A stretch of DNA of 60,468 bases from Candidatus Omnitrophota bacterium (GTDB lineage: Bacteria; Omnitrophota; Gorgyraeia; 2-01-FULL-45-10): assembly GCA_041661345.1 (NCBI GenBank), contig JBAZUO010000008.1, forward strand, positions 1-60,468, given 5' to 3'. Position 1 is the stretch's first letter. The number at the start of each line of letters is the position of its first letter. Shown one piece after another: positions 54,098 through 60,468 of the stretch. The notes under the pieces were generated by a model. That model did no database searches. It had not been told where the DNA came from and saw nothing but the letters and a program-made list of their open reading frames with translations. A program made the position numbers and the translations under genes.

Positions 54098-54655
54098 TTA
54101 AAATTTTACCTCCGGCGCTGTTTTCGCCCTCTCCTCCGATTTAAAATATTCCGTGGCGGGTTTATAGCCAAAACCGCCCGCAACGATATTTGCCGGGAAC
54201 TGCCTGACTGCTATATTGTAATCCTTAACGGCCTCATTGTAACGCATTCTTTCCACCGCGATACGGTTTTCCGTTCCGCTCAATTCGTCCATAAGCTTAA
54301 GGAACGTCTGGTCCGCCTTTAACTGCGGATAATTTTCCGCTACCAGTAGCAGTCTCGACATCGCGGAATCCATCGCGGAAGCCGCCTTGACTTTATCGTC
54401 CATCGTCGCTGCGCCGGTCCACGCCGAACGGGCCTTCGTTACTTCCTCGAATACCGTTTTCTCATGCGCGGCATAACCTTTTACAGAATTGACCAGATTG
54501 GGGATCAGATCCAGCCGCCTCTGCAGCTGGCTTTCAACCTGAGCCCATTTAGCGGTGATCGTCTCGTGTTTTATAACAATACCATTATAGAGCGATATCA
54601 CCATAATACTGATAACTACCACTACTACTACCAACCCTATTAGAAATCCTTTCAT
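54098..54655 (-). CDS. lemA: LemA family protein
   Basis: 185 aa with an N-terminal TM. RRLDLIPNLV...YAAHEK...ENYPQLKA...ENRIAVERMRYNEAV. Confidence 0.9.
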   Translation of the reverse strand: MKGFLIGLVVVVVVISIMVISLYNGIVIKHETITAKWAQVESQLQRRLDLIPNLVNSVKGYAAHEKTVFEEVTKARSAWTGAATMDDKVKAASAMDSAMSRLLLVAENYPQLKADQTFLKLMDELSGTENRIAVERMRYNEAVKDYNIAVRQFPANIVAGGFGYKPATEYFKSEERAKTAPEVKF

Positions 54656-54691
54656 AGTACAACCCTCCGGTTTGCTTACAACTATCTTATT

Positions 54692-55603
54692 TTAAAATCC
54701 GCCGCCCCCACCACCGCCGCCTCCGCCGCCCCCACCACCGCCGCCGAACCCACCGCCCCCGAATCCACCGCCGCTCCATCCGCTATCGCTGGAGCCACCG
54801 CTCGAGCCGTAAGTTAAAAAATTACCTCGTTTGTCACGCGGAAGTCTGTGCCAACTGCCTAGGCGAAACGCTGAGACGATCATATAAATTATAAAGAGCA
54901 CGCAAGCCAAAATACGGGATAGCTTAAGAAAAATAATTGCACATGCCGAAATAACTAAGAATACACCGGCGACAACAGGTGTAAATAGGCTGGCAAAAAA
55001 AAGCATGAACGCCAGCTTAAAGATCTCATCCGGGTGTTTTCCCTCTCCTGCGTAATTATCAGCGGGCCTTATATTGACGCCATTCAGGCTATCGAGGGTT
55101 ATTCCGGCGTCCTTGGCAATTACGCCGGAGATGAAAGATATTCCGTAATATAGCCCCTTTTCATAGTCGCCTGCCTTAAAGCTTGGCACCATATAATTGC
55201 GGCCGATCTCACCGCAAAGGCCATCCGGTAATATTCCTTCCACGCCGTAACCGGTTTCTATGCGCCAGCGCCGCTCTTTAACGGCAAGAAGAACCAACAC
55301 ACCGTTATCTTTCCCTTTTTTTCCCGGTTTCCAATTATCAAAGAGCAGTCGCGCGTAATCTTTTTCGTCGTAAGGCGTAATCGATTGAGCCGTAATTACA
55401 AAGATCTCCGCCGAGGTCTTCTGTCTCAACTCTTCAATGAGCGCCGTCAGCTTATCGCGATATTCCTGCGAAATTACACCGGCATAGTCATTGACCCACC
55501 CACCGGGCTTTGGCAGATCTTCCGCGCCGAAAGCCGCGCAACAGCAGACCGTAACACTGAACAGCGCAGTAAATAAAAATTTCTTTATCATTTCTAAGAT
55601 CAA
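54692..55603 (-). CDS. TPM domain-containing protein (YgcG-like) with C-terminal poly-glycine tail
   Basis: 303 aa. Signal peptide, TPM domain (WVNDYAGVISQEYRDKL...), TM helices, then GGGFGGGGFGGGGGGGGGGGGGGGGF. This is the typical LemA-TPM gene pair. Confidence 0.85.
   Translation of the reverse strand: MILEMIKKFLFTALFSVTVCCCAAFGAEDLPKPGGWVNDYAGVISQEYRDKLTALIEELRQKTSAEIFVITAQSITPYDEKDYARLLFDNWKPGKKGKDNGVLVLLAVKERRWRIETGYGVEGILPDGLCGEIGRNYMVPSFKAGDYEKGLYYGISFISGVIAKDAGITLDSLNGVNIRPADNYAGEGKHPDEIFKLAFMLFFASLFTPVVAGVFLVISACAIIFLKLSRILACVLFIIYMIVSAFRLGSWHRLPRDKRGNFLTYGSSGGSSDSGWSGGGFGGGGFGGGGGGGGGGGGGGGGF
54695..54784 (-). repeat. GGN-codon low-complexity tract encoding the poly-Gly tail
   Basis: The plus strand is a near-continuous run of ccgccg/ccacca triplets at the 3' end of the TPM gene. 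Confidence 0.8.
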
Positions 55604-56343
55604 AGCCTGTCCACCGCATCCGATATTTTTTCAAGTCCAGCGGCAAAATCGAAAAATAAATTCTCCATCTCCCGGGGTTTTAATTGCAAGCTTCCGTTTT
55701 TCATATCCAGGATTTTTTTAGAAACCGATATGTCCAATCCGAATGTCACAAAGGCATCCTTGATGATCTCCTCGCTGGAGTTCGCGGATACACGGCCCGT
55801 AAGCCTTAAGATGTTTTTTAATATATGTAGGCTGGATGTGAAGAATCTAAATAAGAGCTTTTTCCTGTCGGAAGCGGTTCTGTAAGACAGATAAGCGGTT
55901 TTTATATTTATAAGTTTCGACTTTAATTCCTGCTCGCACTGAAACCTCAAGTTTTTTACATCAACCGAAACACTGCTCAGGATATCCTTGCCATAGATGA
56001 CGATGTTATTCTCTTTCATGTCGAGGAATTCCAGCGGAAAGACATCGATCGAACTTGTGATATATTTTTCAGTCAGGAATACCGGTCTAATAGATCCGAA
56101 CTTACGCTTATTGACGAGCGACGAAGCCCTGGCCACGTTGGCAAGGGCAAAGCTATCCAGGATTATGGCAAGATTTACGTTCGAATTCGCGCCCGAATAT
56201 TCGCCGCTCGCGGCACTGCCGTAAAGTGCAACTGAAACCAACCCTTCGTTGTAAATGGATTTTAGCCCTTTTACGAAATCGCCGCACATTTTTGCTATTT
56301 TTATGTCCGGCTCCGCTTTTTTCATAATCCTCCCGCCTCCCAT
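55600..56343 (-). CDS. nucleotidyltransferase-fold protein with substituted catalytic carboxylates
   Basis: 247 aa. LYGSAASGEYSGANSNVNLAIILD has the G-S...h-x-h pattern of Pol-beta NTases, but NVN stands where DxD is expected. An alternative start is the ATG at 56325 (GGGAGG SD). Confidence 0.55.
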   Translation of the reverse strand: MGGGRIMKKAEPDIKIAKMCGDFVKGLKSIYNEGLVSVALYGSAASGEYSGANSNVNLAIILDSFALANVARASSLVNKRKFGSIRPVFLTEKYITSSIDVFPLEFLDMKENNIVIYGKDILSSVSVDVKNLRFQCEQELKSKLINIKTAYLSYRTASDRKKLLFRFFTSSLHILKNILRLTGRVSANSSEEIIKDAFVTFGLDISVSKKILDMKNGSLQLKPREMENLFFDFAAGLEKISDAVDRL

Positions 56344-56349
56344 GCGTAA

Positions 56350-57003
56350 TTATTTGAGTTCGAGTTCGATCCTATTGATCAGATTTGACACTTCCTTTAT
56401 CGTGCCTGCGGGGAGCATCTTGGACGTCTCGATGTCGGTTCTCAATGTCTTAAGCGCTGTCAGCAGGCGTTTGATCACAGCGGCCCTGCGTTTTCGCCTC
56501 GCCTCTTCCGGCTCGAGCTCTTCCCTCTGGCGCATCAGCGTCGTAAGGTCTTTCTTCACCTCGCGCGCGTCCTTACCCATCTCAAGGACGGACTCCTTAA
56601 TATTGGCGTAGTCGTTCTTGTCGAGCGTGCTTTTATTTTTGGCAAGCCTCAACAGATTTACCGTTTCATACGTGGGTAATTTCGAAGGGTCGGAGGAAGT
56701 GTTATAGTCCTTCTGCAAATATAACGGTTCCTCTTTCTCCAGGAAAAAATAAGATTTGAGAAGCTTCATCGCGGTCTGTTTCTTTATACCTATCTCCTTC
56801 GAGGTGTAGGCCTCGAAAGTAAGATACCCCCATTCCTTATACGCTTTATCCCTCCACACCGAGTAAAGCGCCTGCCCGAGCTCAACCCACGATGTCTTAA
56901 AGCCTTTTGCGCTTTCCAATATCTTATACCTTATCGAACCCTCGGAAACCGACGACATCCGATCCTCGATCCTGTCAATAGATTTAGTCCTCGTGCCATG
57001 CAT
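56350..57003 (-). CDS. hypothetical protein
   Basis: 217 aa, helical, with a C-terminal coiled-coil-like Arg/Glu/Lys-rich region. GAAAGGA SD upstream. No family recognised. Confidence 0.5.
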   Translation of the reverse strand: MHGTRTKSIDRIEDRMSSVSEGSIRYKILESAKGFKTSWVELGQALYSVWRDKAYKEWGYLTFEAYTSKEIGIKKQTAMKLLKSYFFLEKEEPLYLQKDYNTSSDPSKLPTYETVNLLRLAKNKSTLDKNDYANIKESVLEMGKDAREVKKDLTTLMRQREELEPEEARRKRRAAVIKRLLTALKTLRTDIETSKMLPAGTIKEVSNLINRIELELK

Positions 57004-57066
57004 CTGTTATTCCTTTCGTTTGAGTTATGATTATAACCCATAATAGCCATTTTTTAAACGATTTTA

Positions 57067-57095
57067 TTGACAATCATACCCCATCGCAATATCAT
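57067..57095 (+). promoter_or_regulatory. sigma70-type promoter (TTGACA-17-TATCAT) abutting the plsC start
   Basis: TTGACA at 57067-57072, an exact 17-nt spacer, TATCAT at 57090-57095. Only 8 nt lie before the ATG at 57104, with no SD. Confidence 0.5.
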
Positions 57096-57103
57096 ATTCG
57101 TTA

Positions 57104-57820
57104 ATGAAGAACATGGCTATATCAATATTTGTCTGGACCGTAGGAGCGATCTTTACAATACTAGTATTCTTCGCGATGCTATTCTGGACTGTCGTGCTCT
57201 ATCCATTCGACAGGAAGAGAAAGATGGCGCACAGGCAGTGTTTTTGGTGGGCCGACGCGATCATTGCGCTTAACCCATACTGGAAAGTTACAGTTTCAGG
57301 CCTTGAAAATATCGACAAGCATAAAACTTACGTTATAGTGGCAAACCATCAAAGCCTCGCCGACATAGCGATTATTTACAAGACGCGGATGCAGTTCAAA
57401 TGGGTGGCCAAGGAAAGCCTATTCAGCGTCCCATTCATAGGGTGGAATCTGTCGCTTGCCAAACATATAAAGCTGGAGCGCGGCAATCTCGGAAGCATAA
57501 AGAAAATATACCGGGAAGCGGCGGTATGGCTTAGGGACAGAATGTCGGTGCTCCTATTTCCTGAAGGCACTCGAAGCCTGACCGGCGAGATCGGTGAATT
57601 TCAGAACGGGGCATTTAAACTGGCTATCAGGGAAAAGGTCCCGATTCTGCCCATATTGATCAAAGGTGCCGGACAGGCCATTCCGAGAGGCAGCTGGATA
57701 TTCAGGACCAACGTGCCGGTGACCCTTACGGTACTGCCGGCAATAGATACATCGCATTTGAGGGAAGCGGATTTTGCCGAGCTAAGAGATATGACCCGCT
57801 CTCGCCTTATGGCTTCTTGA
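57104..57820 (+). CDS. plsC: 1-acyl-sn-glycerol-3-phosphate acyltransferase
   Basis: 238 aa with an N-terminal TM. NHQSLAD (HX4D) and FPEGTRS motifs. Confidence 0.9.
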   Translation: MKNMAISIFVWTVGAIFTILVFFAMLFWTVVLYPFDRKRKMAHRQCFWWADAIIALNPYWKVTVSGLENIDKHKTYVIVANHQSLADIAIIYKTRMQFKWVAKESLFSVPFIGWNLSLAKHIKLERGNLGSIKKIYREAAVWLRDRMSVLLFPEGTRSLTGEIGEFQNGAFKLAIREKVPILPILIKGAGQAIPRGSWIFRTNVPVTLTVLPAIDTSHLREADFAELRDMTRSRLMAS

Positions 57821-60304
57821 CCCATTTTCATTGATAGGCACGCCCCATATATCCTTGGCGTACTCCCCTATCGTCCTATCGCTCGAAAACTTACCCGATT
57901 TCGCCACGTTCACTATCGACGATTTTGTCCATTTATTATTATCCAGGTACGATTTGGACACGATCTCCTGCATATCGTAGTATTTGTCAAAATCCGCACA
58001 AACACAAAAGTAGTCGGTCTCAACAAGAGATCTGATTATCGGATCAAATAGGCCAAACTCAACTGGAGAAAGGAAATTGCTTTCTATTAAGGCCAGGACC
58101 TCCCTTAACGCAGGAGATCTGTCTATGTAATTACGCGGGTTATAGCCTTCGCGCCTTATTTTAAGGATCTCGTCTGATGTGTGACCGAATAGAAATATGT
58201 TATCCGCGCCTGCCTCTTCGGCTATCTCGATATTGGCGCCGTCATTCGTGCCGATGGTCAGGGCGCCGTTCATCATGAATTTCATGCAGCCCGTCCCGGA
58301 TGCCTCGGTCCCTGCGGTAGATATCTGTTCGGAAAGCTCGGCTGCAGGGAATATCCTCTCAGCCAGGGAAACCCCGTAATTTTCCAGGAACACAACCTTT
58401 AACTTGTCGTCTATACCTTCATCCTTATTTACCACATCGGCAATGCTATTGATAAATTTAATTATGAGTTTTGCCATGGCGTAGCCCGGTGCCGCTTTGC
58501 CACTCAATATGAATGTCCTCGGAAGTATTAGCGACGAGGGGTCTTTCTTAAGTTTAAGATATTGGGACAGTATGTAGAAACTGAACAGGAGCTGTCGCTT
58601 ATATTCATGCATCCTCTTAACCTGGACGTCGAATAGCGACTTTGGATCTACGCTTATGTTATAGGTCTTATGTATAAATTCCGCAAAATCAATCTTGTTT
58701 TCCAGTTTCGCCTTTTGCCAATTTTGCTTGAAAATTTTATCGTCTTTAAGCGGAAGCAGTTTTTTAAGCTCATAAAGATTTGTCGTCCATTTGTCGCCTA
58801 TCGCCTCACTTATCAGGCCGGAGAGCCGCGGATTCGACTTTTTTAGCCATCTCCTCTGCGTAACGCCGTTCGTCTTATTGTTAAACTTCTCAGGCATTAA
58901 CTCATAAAAATCTTTGAAGAGATGGGTTTTTAAAAGCTCGCTATGGAGCTCGGATACACCGTTTATTGAGTGACTGCCGATGACGGCCAGGTAACCCATG
59001 CGTATCTTCTTTTGATCTGACTCTTCCACTATGGACATCCGCCTCAGGCGGTCATTATCTCCAGGAAATGCCGCGGCCACCTGCTTTAAGAAGCGTAAGT
59101 TGATCTCGTATATTATCTGCAGGTGCCTGGGTAGAAGATGCTCGAACAGGCTGACCGGCCACGCCTCAAGCGCCTCCGGCATGATGGTGTGATTTGTGTA
59201 GGCAAATGTGCTCTGGGTTATACTCCACGCGGTATCCCAATCGAACTTTTCATCATCGACTAGTATACGCATCAACTCCGCTATAGAGATTGCGGGATGG
59301 GTGTCATTAAGTTGTATAGCTGCCTTTTGCGGTAATTTTTTTAAGTCGGAATTTTCGGTTTTAAAACGCCGAATGATGTCTGCTATCGAAGCCGCTGTAA
59401 AAAAATATTCCTGCTTAAGCCTCAATTCTCTACCCTGGCTAACGTTGTCGTTCGGGTAGAGAACCTTCGATATATTCTCCGTCAGCACTTTGTTATAGAC
59501 TGCATGTTCGTAGTCACCGTCATTAAAATAGCTCAGGTCGAACTCCTCGCTCGATCGCGCAGACCAGAGGCGCAGCGTGTTGACGATATCGTTTCCATAC
59601 CCAGGAACCGGAATATCGTAAGGCGTGGCAAGGACGTCCTCCGTGTCTACCCAGTGGGCTCTCACGGCGCCGCTCTCATCCTTCTCTACATACGCCCGAC
59701 CATAGAAACGGACTTTCACGGTGTACTCCGACCTCTGGAATTCCCATGGATTACCCAGCCTCAGCCACTCATCGGGAGATTCTACCTGGTAGCCGTTGAT
59801 TATCTTCTGATTGAATATGCCATACTCGTACCTGATCCCATATCCGTGGGCAGGGATCCCCAGTGTTGCCATCGAATCGAGAAAACAGGCTGCCAGCCTG
59901 CCGAGGCCTGCGTTACCAAGCCCGGCATCGATCTCTTTTTCGCAAAGGGTCTCGAGATCAAACCCGAGCTCTTTTAAGGCGGTCTTCGTTTGCTCCTCGA
60001 GCCTCAGGTTCAATATATTTGAGCCGAGCAGCCGGCCGATGAGAAATTCCATGGAAAAATAGTAGACCCTTTTAAGGTTCTCGTCGTGATACCTCTGCTG
60101 AGTCACCATCCATCGCTCGACCAGCCTGTCCCTTACGGCGATTGCCGTTGCCATAAAATCGTCATGAAGCGTAGCCGTGTACTTATCTTTAGCAAGATTG
60201 TATTCCCTGTTGGCAACGAACGACAGCTTGACGCCGTTTTTGGACATATCTTTATAGAACTTCTTGACGGAGGCCATGTCCTCCGCGCAGGATTTTTTTT
60301 CCAT
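57782..60304 (-). CDS. glgP: glycogen/starch/alpha-glucan phosphorylase
   Basis: 840 aa. EASGTGCMKFMMNGALTIGTNDGANIE pyridoxal-phosphate Lys region and typical GT35 length. Confidence 0.95.
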   Translation of the reverse strand: MEKKSCAEDMASVKKFYKDMSKNGVKLSFVANREYNLAKDKYTATLHDDFMATAIAVRDRLVERWMVTQQRYHDENLKRVYYFSMEFLIGRLLGSNILNLRLEEQTKTALKELGFDLETLCEKEIDAGLGNAGLGRLAACFLDSMATLGIPAHGYGIRYEYGIFNQKIINGYQVESPDEWLRLGNPWEFQRSEYTVKVRFYGRAYVEKDESGAVRAHWVDTEDVLATPYDIPVPGYGNDIVNTLRLWSARSSEEFDLSYFNDGDYEHAVYNKVLTENISKVLYPNDNVSQGRELRLKQEYFFTAASIADIIRRFKTENSDLKKLPQKAAIQLNDTHPAISIAELMRILVDDEKFDWDTAWSITQSTFAYTNHTIMPEALEAWPVSLFEHLLPRHLQIIYEINLRFLKQVAAAFPGDNDRLRRMSIVEESDQKKIRMGYLAVIGSHSINGVSELHSELLKTHLFKDFYELMPEKFNNKTNGVTQRRWLKKSNPRLSGLISEAIGDKWTTNLYELKKLLPLKDDKIFKQNWQKAKLENKIDFAEFIHKTYNISVDPKSLFDVQVKRMHEYKRQLLFSFYILSQYLKLKKDPSSLILPRTFILSGKAAPGYAMAKLIIKFINSIADVVNKDEGIDDKLKVVFLENYGVSLAERIFPAAELSEQISTAGTEASGTGCMKFMMNGALTIGTNDGANIEIAEEAGADNIFLFGHTSDEILKIRREGYNPRNYIDRSPALREVLALIESNFLSPVEFGLFDPIIRSLVETDYFCVCADFDKYYDMQEIVSKSYLDNNKWTKSSIVNVAKSGKFSSDRTIGEYAKDIWGVPINENGSRSHKARAGHIS

Positions 60305-60468
60305 TATTTTGCCTTAAAGGATACGAGCGCCCTTTCGTTATCGCTTGTCGACAACACTATCCGCGCCGGGCAGCCCCCGGAGCAGGCCGTCCCGTATGCA
60401 TACAGGATATCTATCTTCTGATCAGCAAGCTTTGCCGTGACGCTCTTCATTGCGCCCGATTTATTAAA
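60304..60468 (-). CDS. C-terminal fragment of an ACT-domain-like protein (N-terminus outside window)
   Basis: Manual reverse translation gives FNKSGAMKSVTAKLADQKIDILYAYGTACSGGCPARIVLSTSDNERALVSFKAK*. The stop overlaps the glgP ATG (TAATG). Confidence 0.5.
   Translation of the reverse strand, partial: FNKSGAMKSVTAKLADQKIDILYAYGTACSGGCPARIVLSTSDNERALVSFKAK

Noticed and set aside
1-60468. Searched by eye for CRISPR arrays, rRNA genes, transposases/integrases/IS ends, prophage genes, and DnaA-box clusters or an oriC.
   Set aside because: I found no regularly spaced direct repeats, no recombinase or transposase-like ORFs, no rRNA-like sequence and no TTATCCACA clusters. There is also no strand switch that would indicate an origin.

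Overview
This is a 60.5-kb chromosomal segment from a bacterium using the standard genetic code. Nearly everything is transcribed from the minus strand; only an exeA/gspB-like pair (17.2-18.5 kb) and plsC (57.1-57.8 kb) are on plus. Genes are tightly packed, often with 1-8 nt overlaps.

Most of the content is housekeeping:
- Nitrogen and NAD: glnN type III glutamine synthetase, nadE.
- def, panD, aroB, aroQ, accBC, thiC, heptose-nucleotide genes, a phosphofructokinase, glgP, plsC, rpsU, a cold-shock protein.
- dNTP-pool enzymes.
- One tRNA-Gly(CCC).

I saw no rRNA, CRISPR array, transposase, integrase or phage structural genes. The gene content (TIGR04073-like protein, small basic protein, many stand-alone PilZ proteins, type III GS, DUF4416) suggests an uncultivated PVC/Omnitrophota-like lineage. 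That is inference only.

Items worth a second look:
1. A 558-nt gene-free gap (52706-53263) holds two adjacent ~230-240-nt systems of nested long-range complementarity. It is a candidate large structured RNA or a MITE-like inverted-repeat element.
2. A 260-nt GC-rich gap downstream of thiC (36096-36355) folds into a three-way junction with G-U and tandem G-A pairs.
3. Six canonical PilZ-domain genes lie within about 10 kb, including a STAS-PilZ fusion, and an HD-GYP/GAF gene lies nearby.
4. A five-gene overlapping operon links an archaeal-type ATPase/DUF234 protein to dNTP-pool enzymes.
5. Near-consensus sigma70 promoters abut three start codons, implying leaderless mRNAs.
6. Two enzyme folds carry substituted catalytic residues: an alpha/beta hydrolase (Ser to Ala) and a nucleotidyltransferase (DxD to NVN).

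Three real genes below the ORF-track cutoff were recovered by hand (entericidin-like lipoprotein, Trm112-like protein, rpsU). Two edge-truncated CDSs were also recovered.
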